A DNA stretch of 64,000 nt, taken from Pseudomonas phage HPP-Temi. The stretch lies in the sequence record PP968062.1; one strand, written 5' to 3'. Under the pieces are notes generated by a model, which ran no database searches, was not told the origin of the DNA, and saw only the letters and a list, made by a program, of their open reading frames with translations. Below, piece by piece: positions 20,876 to 28,920 of the stretch; position 1 is the first letter of the stretch, and each line of letters opens with the position of its first letter. Position numbers and translations under genes: made by a program.

Positions 20876-21559
20876 TCAACACTCGACCAGAGTCTCTTCG
20901 TCTGATTTATCGGTCAGACTTGCGACATATTGCTTCAGAGCAGCTGCACGATCTTGCTCTTGTTTACGCAGGTCATACGGACCATTTTCTTTTACCATGT
21001 ATTCACGGAATTGCATTACGCCTTGAACATAACCTTCCGGGAGAACAGTAGTCAGACTATCGGCAGTTACTTTACGGGTGCGAATAGCCTTACCAGTTTC
21101 AAGAACATGGTGGATACGAATTAGCTGACGGTTGGTGTCAATACGTTCCGATACACACGGGAAGTAAACGGGATCTTCACCCTGCTTACTATTACCCATG
21201 TCCACTTCAGCGTATAATGTCTTACCATGATTAGCTTCAAAGAAAGCACGGGCTTCCTTGATGCGAATGGTGCGGAGCTTTTCACCTTCGCGTACCAGCT
21301 TTTGATGAGCTGGTTGCAGATGAGGGTTCATCTTTCGAACATGACGACGAATCAAACGGGTATCGTAACGAGAAGAAGCGTTAGCCATAGCAACAAGATT
21401 GTTATATGCTTCGATGGACATGATAACTTGTTGCGGATCATTATTGCGCTGCATGGGAATCTCCGTTAGTGGTAAAGTAATGTTTCTTAAGGTGGTCCGG
21501 ATTAAACTCTGCTTTACGGAATTCATATTTCTCAGCGAGTTTAATGATTGGATTTTCAT
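20876..21559 (-). CDS. hypothetical protein
   Basis: 227-aa ORF. Confidence 0.4.
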   Translation of the reverse strand: MKIQSLNSLRNMNSVKQSLIRTTLRNITLPLTEIPMQRNNDPQQVIMSIEAYNNLVAMANASSRYDTRLIRRHVRKMNPHLQPAHQKLVREGEKLRTIRIKEARAFFEANHGKTLYAEVDMGNSKQGEDPVYFPCVSERIDTNRQLIRIHHVLETGKAIRTRKVTADSLTTVLPEGYVQGVMQFREYMVKENGPYDLRKQEQDRAAALKQYVASLTDKSDEETLVEC

Positions 21560-21755
21560 CTCCTTTCATTGACAGTTTGAGTTTCCGACGAACCCAATCC
21601 TCAGATGCTTTAATTGTCACGGCTTTTCTCCAATTGATAGGTGGGAGCTCTCTTTCCAAAGATACTTCTCCGGCAAACGAAGCATCCACAACGAGTGCCC
21701 GTCGGTTCCGACCCATCGCACGAAAGAGCTTGTTGCAGCAGACGTTCATAACCAC
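21441..21755 (-). CDS. hypothetical protein (start uncertain; overlaps downstream gene)
   Basis: 104-aa ORF. Confidence 0.3.
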   Translation of the reverse strand: MVMNVCCNKLFRAMGRNRRALVVDASFAGEVSLERELPPINWRKAVTIKASEDWVRRKLKLSMKGDENPIIKLAEKYEFRKAEFNPDHLKKHYFTTNGDSHAAQ

Positions 21756-22032
21756 CTTCTATGTCATTACCCATTAAGGCTTCTTCAGCCAGGACTAGTT
21801 CGATATTGGCAAGCATCATCTGGTCATCCATTGGACGACGATGGTTGTCATGCCACTGGACCGGAGCTTTAGCCGAGTCCAGGATCTCTTTGATCTTACC
21901 CAGTGAATAGGTTTCACCAGTGTTTCGATGAAGTTGCTTGTGGAACTCAAGCGGATCGATAGGGGAGTGTTTGAATATAACTCCTTTAATCGAAGTCAAG
22001 GAGTCGGGGATCTTTTGGGTGATGGATTGCAT
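21610..22032 (-). CDS. hypothetical protein
   Basis: 140-aa ORF. Confidence 0.35.
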   Translation of the reverse strand: MQSITQKIPDSLTSIKGVIFKHSPIDPLEFHKQLHRNTGETYSLGKIKEILDSAKAPVQWHDNHRRPMDDQMMLANIELVLAEEALMGNDIEGGYERLLQQALSCDGSEPTGTRCGCFVCRRSIFGKRAPTYQLEKSRDN

Positions 22033-22642
22033 GCCAGTTAATCTCTTCGTAGGGATAGTCCAATTCGTAACGATCTAAGAATTGGATTACCCATTCCAGA
22101 ACGTCATCGTAGTAGAGGTTCTTACGAATAGGAACATTCGCATTAACACTCAAACGAACAGCTGTGTTGGTGCCACCATTTACAATCTCGTTCTCACGCT
22201 TACCTTTCGGTTCAGCGTAATAGAAGATACCAGAAACCAACTCAGCCAGGGTGTGTCCATGGATCTGGAAAACATTTCGAGTATGGAGCGCTTTACCGTA
22301 GTCATCTAACCCAGCAAAGCTACCACGAGCCAACGCGGCCATGCTAGCCGCTGTAGTCCACGTATCAGTGAACTGTGATGCATCTATAAAGAAGTCATTG
22401 TCACGGATACGATAGAAGCTACTACCTCTACCACTAGCAAGGTATATACGGGCCCCTACCTCGCTATAGGAGCGAGATTGCCTCGCCCCGTACCAACCAG
22501 CCCTGTCTGAATCGAACGCATCGCCAGAGCTTATAGCCCAGCCATAATCGGTTAGAGTACGGCCAAGCCTGATCATTACTTCCAGCACCCATTCAGGAAC
22601 CTTTCGTGACCCAACGATAGCCATGTATCCTCTAGCCTGCAT
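21986..22642 (-). CDS. SLOG/DprA(Smf)-like Rossmann-fold protein
   Basis: 218 aa. MAIVGSRKVPEWVLEVM...GWAISSGDAFDSD resembles the DprA/SLOG GSR...SGxAxGxD signature. Confidence 0.4.
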   Translation of the reverse strand: MQARGYMAIVGSRKVPEWVLEVMIRLGRTLTDYGWAISSGDAFDSDRAGWYGARQSRSYSEVGARIYLASGRGSSFYRIRDNDFFIDASQFTDTWTTAASMAALARGSFAGLDDYGKALHTRNVFQIHGHTLAELVSGIFYYAEPKGKRENEIVNGGTNTAVRLSVNANVPIRKNLYYDDVLEWVIQFLDRYELDYPYEEINWHAIHHPKDPRLLDFD

Positions 22643-23108
22643 AACGACTCCTAGAAGGATCCCAGTTGATGGCTGCCAGTTCTTGAGGAGTCCAGGTATC
22701 TTTAGGCTTGGTAATCGAGAGGAGATCTAGTGTAACGTTGCGTTCTCCAACACGTGTTCCCAATTCCTTAACACGGATCTTAGTACGATCATCCAGATAA
22801 ACCGAAAGGACCTTAACTGGGATAACCACGTATTCGTCATAACGAAGATAGGCTACCTGACCACCGTGCAACCCAACGAATTGTTTGACGGCTTGTTTCT
22901 CACGAGCATATTCACGACGAGCTTCCGCTACTTCACGCATGTGTTTATCACGCAACCAGGTATTACGCTTACGTGCATGTTTGTAGAGAGAATCAGCCTT
23001 ATCTGGACAACCAGCTTCCTCAGTGCCGATACGAGCATAAGCGAGGAGTTCCTCAAATGCGTTCGTACTCAGCACAACGATTGATTCGTCTTTGTTCTTG
23101 TCGGTCAT
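22632..23108 (-). CDS. hypothetical protein
   Basis: 158-aa ORF. Confidence 0.4.
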   Translation of the reverse strand: MTDKNKDESIVVLSTNAFEELLAYARIGTEEAGCPDKADSLYKHARKRNTWLRDKHMREVAEARREYAREKQAVKQFVGLHGGQVAYLRYDEYVVIPVKVLSVYLDDRTKIRVKELGTRVGERNVTLDLLSITKPKDTWTPQELAAINWDPSRSRYAG

Positions 23109-23111
23109 TTT

Positions 23112-23861
23112 TTAATGCCTCGGGATTCTATAGTAGTCAGGACCTGCTTGGTTATAGACGTAGTGATTGTGGTCTTTATCGTTAGGACCAGGGAATCGTT
23201 CCTGTGGATTACGATACGGGATCAATGCACGTCTTGCTGTGGCAAATACAGTTTCCTTGTGACGAGCTTTGTATTCACTGAGAACACGGGTCATGGTAAT
23301 ACAGGGCTTACATAACCCGCAGTGTTTATCACCAACCGGTGTCTCACATATCCAGATGTCGTTCAGTACTCTCTTATCCAACTCACGAAGGATATCGACT
23401 TTGTTCATACCGAGAAGAGGGAACTCAACTGGGATAGGGTCGTTAACACAGGCCACCTTTTGCAGATTGTACCAGGCGTCTTCGATGTAGCGTAGGTGGG
23501 ATCCGAAGTATGCACCGTCGTCAGCCACATAGCCGATTACGAGCTTACTATGTCTCGCTGAATCAGCAATAGCTAACGCACCAAACAACCAGGGTGCAAC
23601 TTGACCCCACTTGGTGTTATCACCTGTAAGCTGCGTACTCTTCAAACGTTCATATTGAGCTTGAACTTTATGCGGATAGAACCCAGCAAACTTCTCAAGG
23701 ATCACTTGACGCTGCTTAAGTTCTTGTGTCATCTTTTCTTCTTGTTGACCAGCATTGATGTACATGACATCCACCGGACCTTCTTGAAGAAGCTGTTGGA
23801 GCATGTAGGTGGAATCCAAACCACCAGAAAAGAGAATCAATGGGTTCATCGCTATTTCCAA
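23112..23861 (-). CDS. queC: QueC-like PP-loop ATPase (7-cyano-7-deazaguanine synthase family)
   Basis: 249 aa. PP-loop ILFSGGLDST is present, plus a C-terminal zinc-type cluster CETPVGDKHCGLCKPC as in QueC. Confidence 0.65.
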   Translation of the reverse strand: MEIAMNPLILFSGGLDSTYMLQQLLQEGPVDVMYINAGQQEEKMTQELKQRQVILEKFAGFYPHKVQAQYERLKSTQLTGDNTKWGQVAPWLFGALAIADSARHSKLVIGYVADDGAYFGSHLRYIEDAWYNLQKVACVNDPIPVEFPLLGMNKVDILRELDKRVLNDIWICETPVGDKHCGLCKPCITMTRVLSEYKARHKETVFATARRALIPYRNPQERFPGPNDKDHNHYVYNQAGPDYYRIPRH

Positions 23862-23876
23862 AAAAGAAATAAAAAA

Positions 23877-23892
23877 GGGAGCCGAAGCTCCC
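23877..23892. terminator. hairpin gggagc-cgaa-gctccc flanked by A6/T4
   Basis: aaaaaaGGGAGCcgaaGCTCCCcgtttt; bidirectional. Confidence 0.6.
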
Positions 23893-23900
23893 CGTTTTAG

Positions 23901-24062
23901 TTACAGCTTGTTTACTTCTTTTCGAACACCGGCTTTAGCCTGTGCACGTTCGATCCGATGGCACTTCACCTTTGCCCATTTGCAGGAAGTGAAGTAACGC
24001 ATTGGACGACGGCTCCAGAACTCTTTGGTCCATTGGTGTTTCGAATGATTGCTACGCGACAT
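23901..24062 (-). CDS. small basic Cys/His protein (53 aa; not in ORF track)
   Basis: Minus ATG at 24062-24060. Translation is MSRSNHSKHQWTKEFWSRRPMRYFTSCKWAKVKCHRIERAQAKAGVRKEVNKL. A hairpin+T-tract terminator lies downstream. Confidence 0.25.
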   Translation of the reverse strand: MSRSNHSKHQWTKEFWSRRPMRYFTSCKWAKVKCHRIERAQAKAGVRKEVNKL

Positions 24063-24133
24063 GAGAGTGCCTCCTTTGGCTCTACGTTAATAAAGCCAGG
24101 AAACACTTGGTTGTAAACAGGCATGTTAAGACC

Positions 24134-24559
24134 TCATTGCTTTTTAATTACGATCGATTGAATACAGTGAGATTCATCAAAGAAATTCCCACTCCAGTTC
24201 ATACGGTACTCGAATCCATCTGGCAGCTGATCGATATGCAAGAACTTGGATGCCTTAGCGGCCAGAATCTTAGCAGCCATGGTTATAGCAAAACCATAAC
24301 CTGCACCTTCATTGTTCACTGCTTCAAGGAACAGGAAGTCACCTGCACGTTTGAAGTCGATCTTGAGCTCATCGCCCATCTCATTCATGACCGGACTATC
24401 ATTGTGCATGATAGTCCACTGACCATTCCGTTCTTCGAGATGGACGAACATGTCACCTTTGCCACGACCGATGTTTTTGAGCACTACATCTTTAAGCTCA
24501 ATATCCAAGCCATTGAGGGTGACAGTAACGAGTTGCTTTTGTTGCTTCTTCTTTGCCAT
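24134..24559 (-). CDS. hypothetical protein
   Basis: 141-aa ORF. Confidence 0.4.
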   Translation of the reverse strand: MAKKKQQKQLVTVTLNGLDIELKDVVLKNIGRGKGDMFVHLEERNGQWTIMHNDSPVMNEMGDELKIDFKRAGDFLFLEAVNNEGAGYGFAITMAAKILAAKASKFLHIDQLPDGFEYRMNWSGNFFDESHCIQSIVIKKQ

Positions 24560-24873
24560 TAGTAATATCTCCGAGCGCGGATCGGAAGAGTCCCTTCAAG
24601 GTAGCGACGTTGGAATGAACCGCCTCTAACTGTGATGTCGTTCTTCCTTTGTACAGACAAATGGAAAGGTCGATGTCCGTGTGCAGAACACTTAGAGCTG
24701 TATCGACGAATCCAAGGAGCCTTTCTTTTTGACTGGCACTCAAGCCGATATCTAAGGCCACAGGTTTCATAGAGTAGATCATGGAGTACACCTACCAGAG
24801 CATCACGAAGTTCGAGGGTTTTGTGATTATACGATTTCACTACTTGCAAGAGATCAATCGTTTCAGTCAACAT
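24498..24873 (-). CDS. hypothetical protein; two overlapping frames (24559..24873 and 24498..24791), possible frameshift
   Basis: The first ~45 aa of frame A (MLTETIDLLQVVKSYNHKTLELRDALV...) and most of frame B look protein-like. Frame A then degenerates into Arg-rich sequence. Confidence 0.25.
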
Positions 24874-25337
24874 TAATACAGTCCTTCTGAGAACAATTCA
24901 TCACGAGTGCAGTGTTCAGGGAAACGAAGTTGACCAGTCTTCTTGACTTGCTCCAGTGCATCAGAGCGAGTCCAGAATACACCGTACTGATCGATGAAGC
25001 CTTGTTCGTAATCATCGCCTGCATACGCTCTGAGTGCGTCCATACCGATCAAATCGATTTGGGCATTCATGGATGCACAGTAATGACGAGAACCCGTTAC
25101 AATGTAATCTTTGTAACGGTTAGCTGCACAGACGATGTAACGAGTCTTGTTGTACTTATCCCAACGCCAACCCGTAAAACCATCTTCATCGTTCTCAATC
25201 CAGCAACGTTCGTTAATGGTTTCCTTATGTTTGCGTACAGCTGCTTCGATGATCTTGAGACGAATCTCAATTGGTACGATCGCCAGGGTGGCTTTTACCT
25301 CGCCCCATGCGCATTCGAATTCATCACTGTGTGCCAT
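24873..25337 (-). CDS. hypothetical protein
   Basis: 154-aa ORF. Confidence 0.4.
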   Translation of the reverse strand: MAHSDEFECAWGEVKATLAIVPIEIRLKIIEAAVRKHKETINERCWIENDEDGFTGWRWDKYNKTRYIVCAANRYKDYIVTGSRHYCASMNAQIDLIGMDALRAYAGDDYEQGFIDQYGVFWTRSDALEQVKKTGQLRFPEHCTRDELFSEGLY

Positions 25338-25630
25338 TAGGACTTAACCTTCAGAATGATTCGCCATTGATACTCATTGTGACCGATCTGTTGGTTAGAC
25401 AGTTCGACCATATCCCAGCCAGCTTTTTCAAGTTCAGCGGATAGCTTCCGACGCTCGTCCGCTCTTTCGGGAGCCTGACCAGCCATCATGAAAATATAGC
25501 GATCGCCGTTGAAAGCTTCTCTCACGGTTCTATCACAGCGAAGCTTCATGGAGAGTTCCATCGAAAACGATGTGTACGCGGCGGATTCTTTGCTGGTTAC
25601 TGCTTCTACTTCTTTTGCGCTACGAAACAT
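25337..25630 (-). CDS. hypothetical protein
   Basis: 97-aa ORF. Confidence 0.35.
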   Translation of the reverse strand: MFRSAKEVEAVTSKESAAYTSFSMELSMKLRCDRTVREAFNGDRYIFMMAGQAPERADERRKLSAELEKAGWDMVELSNQQIGHNEYQWRIILKVKS

Positions 25631-25639
25631 ATTTGCTCC

Positions 25640-26740
25640 TTAGAAACCAATACGGTTTGCTTTACGGGGAGAACTAGCTGCATCAGTGTTCAATGCTTCA
25701 GCCAGAGTGAAGTTATTACCAACGAAATCCACAGGCTCAAGACCGTTAGCAATACGAGCATCGTTTGCTTGTTCAGCCGTAAGGGTCTTAAAGGTGAGGA
25801 TATCGAAAGCACGTCCAGGACGAACCAGAGCCTCGTCAACATCACGAAGAGTTGGGAGGTTAGTAGAGATGATGATCTTGGTTTTGGTAGACACAAGACC
25901 AGCAGTCGCATTCAACAGACCTGCCATATTACTGTTACCATCCTCGCGCTTGGCAACCATCTTATCAGAGTCTTCAGTAATAATCAGCGAGTTATCCTCG
26001 ACACCACGAATAAAGCTGGTGAGATCACCATGACTCAGTACGGAGTCTTGGTCAGCCAGATAGACGTTGCGATCTTCATAACCACGAGCACGGACCATCT
26101 CGTTGATGAAGTTCGACTTACCAGTACCAGGCGGACCAATCAACAGAAGTACGTTGGCCTCAGATGCTGCAAACTCAGCCCAGGTTTCAGCCGGAGAACG
26201 ATCCAGGAACGGATACATATCCATCAGCTTCTCGTTGTAATCACGAGTAGCGATTACTTCACTCCATGCATAGAGTTCGTCTTTCTGGCGATTCAACCGG
26301 ATACGCTTGATGCTTGGCGGTTTGGTCTGATCGAATACCGATTCGAACATCTCTTTAAACTTGGTAGAGAAGTCTTCAGTAGAGTAGATAGAGAAACCAT
26401 GGCAGGTCGCTTCCTCCATACCCTCGATAAGGAAACCGAGAATACCTTCGTCGTCCAACAACGCCCAACCACCACTGATACCAAATGCATGGAGATTGAA
26501 CTTGGCGATGACCTTGTCCTTAATCTCCCGTATGCGTTCTTTGATGTACACTTCACGATCTACACCGAACGTGTAATAGATGCGAAGTTTCTCACTGGCT
26601 GATTCCAGACCTTGTTCGTTAAGAGTGAAATGGTAAGCGCTGTAACGGTTACCTGCCTGGATTGCCTTCATGCACAGATGAGTATAACGCTCAATCCAAT
26701 ATTGCTGGTTAGGATTAAGTTTAGGGCCACGATAAGACAT
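25640..26740 (-). CDS. AAA+ ATPase
   Basis: 366 aa. Walker A LLLIGPPGTGKSNF, Walker B-like IITEDSD, and a sensor-2-like region EALVRPGRAF. Confidence 0.7.
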   Translation of the reverse strand: MSYRGPKLNPNQQYWIERYTHLCMKAIQAGNRYSAYHFTLNEQGLESASEKLRIYYTFGVDREVYIKERIREIKDKVIAKFNLHAFGISGGWALLDDEGILGFLIEGMEEATCHGFSIYSTEDFSTKFKEMFESVFDQTKPPSIKRIRLNRQKDELYAWSEVIATRDYNEKLMDMYPFLDRSPAETWAEFAASEANVLLLIGPPGTGKSNFINEMVRARGYEDRNVYLADQDSVLSHGDLTSFIRGVEDNSLIITEDSDKMVAKREDGNSNMAGLLNATAGLVSTKTKIIISTNLPTLRDVDEALVRPGRAFDILTFKTLTAEQANDARIANGLEPVDFVGNNFTLAEALNTDAASSPRKANRIGF

Positions 26741-26773
26741 TTGATTTTCCTTTTAATGAGAGATGGCATAAAG

Positions 26774-26789
26774 CTCCCCGAAGGGAGCA
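26774..26789. terminator. hairpin gctccc-cgaa-gggagc
   Basis: cataaag arm; intergenic. Confidence 0.5.
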
Positions 26790-26794
26790 GTATG

Positions 26795-27154
26795 TTAGTC
26801 AGGTTTCTTAGCGACTACTAGACGAGACCACTTTGTAGAGGAGTTACCTTCACCTTCAACATTGAAGATTCGGTCCTGGCTATTAGGTGGCATGCGACCA
26901 GTAATACTACTGAGGTCTTTAATAATGAAACCAGCTTCGCCCAGATCTTTAATAAGTTTGGTGATTACGTCGGAATCAGTAATGTGACCCATTACGTGGA
27001 ACTGGAAAGTACTACGACCGTTAACCAGTCGATGACCAGCCTTTACCTTATTGGAATCGGCCATGTCTGCTTCAAGAGCAGCTATAACACCTGCGGAGTC
27101 GACATCATCGGCTTTGACGATATCAACCAGGTCCTCAAACTTAGGGAATGCCAT
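26795..27154 (-). CDS. hypothetical protein
   Basis: 119-aa ORF. Confidence 0.4.
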   Translation of the reverse strand: MAFPKFEDLVDIVKADDVDSAGVIAALEADMADSNKVKAGHRLVNGRSTFQFHVMGHITDSDVITKLIKDLGEAGFIIKDLSSITGRMPPNSQDRIFNVEGEGNSSTKWSRLVVAKKPD

Positions 27155-27183
27155 AATGCACCTTCTTGTGTATAGACATATCG

Positions 27184-27600
27184 TTAAGCAGTTTTGGGGA
27201 TACGACCGATGCTGATGCTACGGAGCATGCCATAAACACGTCCATTAGCCAGATCCATTTTACCATTACAGAAACGATCGGTCTTGACTTCCCAACCGAT
27301 ACCTTGAAGGAACTTAGCAACAGCTGCACTACGAGAAATGCCTGCTTCACAATGAACGATTAGAGTTTCACCATCGGGAACCTTATCAATGAAGGTAAGG
27401 ATCTTATCGGCATGAACGTAATCGAACATCTGATAGCGATTGTCCACGTAGTCTTCGACATCATCAAAGATCAACACGAGGATGTCTTTATGTTCACGAA
27501 CGAACTTCACCTCTTGTCCAGGACAACGGATAGAGATGATGTAGCTTTCTTCGGTTAGAGCCTGAGCAGCTAAACGAGAATAGAACTTAACCTTCTTCAT
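27184..27600 (-). CDS. Dual-specificity / tyrosine protein phosphatase (CX5R)
   Basis: Active-site signature VHCEAGISRSAAV (HCxxGxxRS). Start trimmed to MKKVKFYS, which forms an ATGA overlap with the upstream stop at 27597-27599. Confidence 0.6.
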   Translation of the reverse strand: MKKVKFYSRLAAQALTEESYIISIRCPGQEVKFVREHKDILVLIFDDVEDYVDNRYQMFDYVHADKILTFIDKVPDGETLIVHCEAGISRSAAVAKFLQGIGWEVKTDRFCNGKMDLANGRVYGMLRSISIGRIPKTA

Positions 27601-28403
27601 ACGTCTACCTTTCGATGTAACATCAGACGAGTCCAGGAAGCCGAACCCTGACCAGTAACAGCTGTGGATACACCGCTCCAACCTTGCTCACTGAGCTCAG
27701 CGTGGAGCTCATGCATTACCTCGACGTGGATAACGCCATTAATACCGAACTCGTAAACCAGGTGTTGTTTCTTTTGACGGACAGCATGTTGACCAGCAGC
27801 TCGCACCTTCTCGGCGTTCTGCCATTCGTACGTACGAAGCATAGTCAGAACATCGTCTTTGGTGAGGATGGTGAATCCTTCAAAGAAGTCAGGTCTGATA
27901 CCTTTATTCAGCTGCTTGCTAACGGAGACATCGACTGCCTCGCTAGCCGGTATATCTAGGATAGGAGAACTGGGTTTAATGCCTTCTTCAGCGACTCGGA
28001 GAATAGAAGGATGTACATAACCATCAGTAATGGTTCCTTCTTTCTTGACTACAAAACCAGCTCGGCGTGAATCATCGTAACGTAGTTCACACGGTATGAG
28101 TTCCATCACCCATTCACCAACCCAAGCTGGGTAATCCATGTCACTGGATACAACCGCTGACTGACTTGTACGCATGATGATCTGATTGTAAGCAAGTTTG
28201 ACAAAGAAGCGAATATCGTCTTTGTCACTGTTGAACAGGAATGCCTTTCGATGGTTACGGGTAAGGTTTACACCACTCAGATCGTGAGTGACATAGAAAC
28301 GTTGTCGCTCACTGTCATCTAGAATTTGACTGAAGCAGATCACATAGAAAGCGTTGGGGTCTAGGCCTTTTAGAAGGTCAAGACCCTTTTCATTGAAACT
28401 CAT
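27597..28403 (-). CDS. hypothetical protein (first gene of the minus-strand array)
   Basis: 268-aa ORF. Upstream is a long AT-rich non-coding region carrying the promoter-like motif. Confidence 0.45.
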   Translation of the reverse strand: MSFNEKGLDLLKGLDPNAFYVICFSQILDDSERQRFYVTHDLSGVNLTRNHRKAFLFNSDKDDIRFFVKLAYNQIIMRTSQSAVVSSDMDYPAWVGEWVMELIPCELRYDDSRRAGFVVKKEGTITDGYVHPSILRVAEEGIKPSSPILDIPASEAVDVSVSKQLNKGIRPDFFEGFTILTKDDVLTMLRTYEWQNAEKVRAAGQHAVRQKKQHLVYEFGINGVIHVEVMHELHAELSEQGWSGVSTAVTGQGSASWTRLMLHRKVDV

Positions 28404-28430
28404 TTTTATTCTCCTTTAGAAGAAAGATGT

Positions 28431-28447
28431 TCACTCAGGTAATATAG
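28431..28447 (-). promoter_or_regulatory. related motif ttcactcaggtaatatag (CTATATTAC on minus strand)
   Basis: ~36 nt upstream of the first minus-strand gene (start 28403). Confidence 0.35.
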
Positions 28448-28509
28448 ATGTAAGATATTTTTTATTGGGCAATCTTATGAATTTCTTTTCAAACAGAGGA
28501 TTCCTAATA

Positions 28510-28656
28510 TGTTTGAGATAATGCTAAACATCGGAACCGGTGGGAAGGACCTTAACTTTCCAGATTCAGGTCCAGGTCCCAAAAAAATTAATACAATGCG
28601 GGCAAGTAATAACGCTATTGTCTGGCGTCCTATTCTCGAAGTTGTTGGTAGTTAAC
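28510..28656 (+). CDS. small ORF (48 aa) with good SD, followed by a hairpin
   Basis: GAGGATTCCTAAT-ATG; translation MFEIMLNIGTGGKDLNFPDSGPGPKKINTMRASNNAIVWRPILEVVGS. The hairpin at 28664-28682 is directly 3'. Confidence 0.3.
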
Positions 28657-28663
28657 GACATAA

Positions 28664-28682
28664 GCCCGGCTCAAGGCCGGGC
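28664..28682. terminator. hairpin gcccggc-tcaag-gccgggc
   Basis: 7-bp GC stem in the divergent non-coding region, 3' of the 48-aa plus ORF. Confidence 0.45.
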
Positions 28683-28833
28683 GTTATGCCTGCTTGGATT
28701 AGATAGTCCTAGCATCGTCGTCAAGGCACCGTAGTTAGATACTCGTCTTTGCTCCCGCAAATACTTTAACGTATCATGTTAAAGAATCGGCTGGATCACC
28801 CCCTTAAAGTGCAGCGCTATGCGCGACTGCCTT

Positions 28834-28853
28834 GACTATATCATTACAACAAG
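28834..28853 (+). promoter_or_regulatory. degenerate plus-strand copy gaCTATATcaTTACAAcaag upstream of the helicase gene
   Basis: Similar to the motif above but with a 2-nt insertion. Lies 70 nt upstream of the ATG at 28921. Confidence 0.25.
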
Positions 28854-28920
28854 TGTATTCTTTTTCTAAATCTTACACGAAGGCCAATTCTATGAATTTA
28901 CCCCATAAGGATACAACTCC

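Noticed and set aside
28404-28920. tRNA or other structured RNA gene in the 520-nt non-coding switch region.
   Set aside because: No T-arm (GTTCRANYC) or acceptor-stem pairing found by eye; only a terminator hairpin and a small ORF. tRNAscan was not run.
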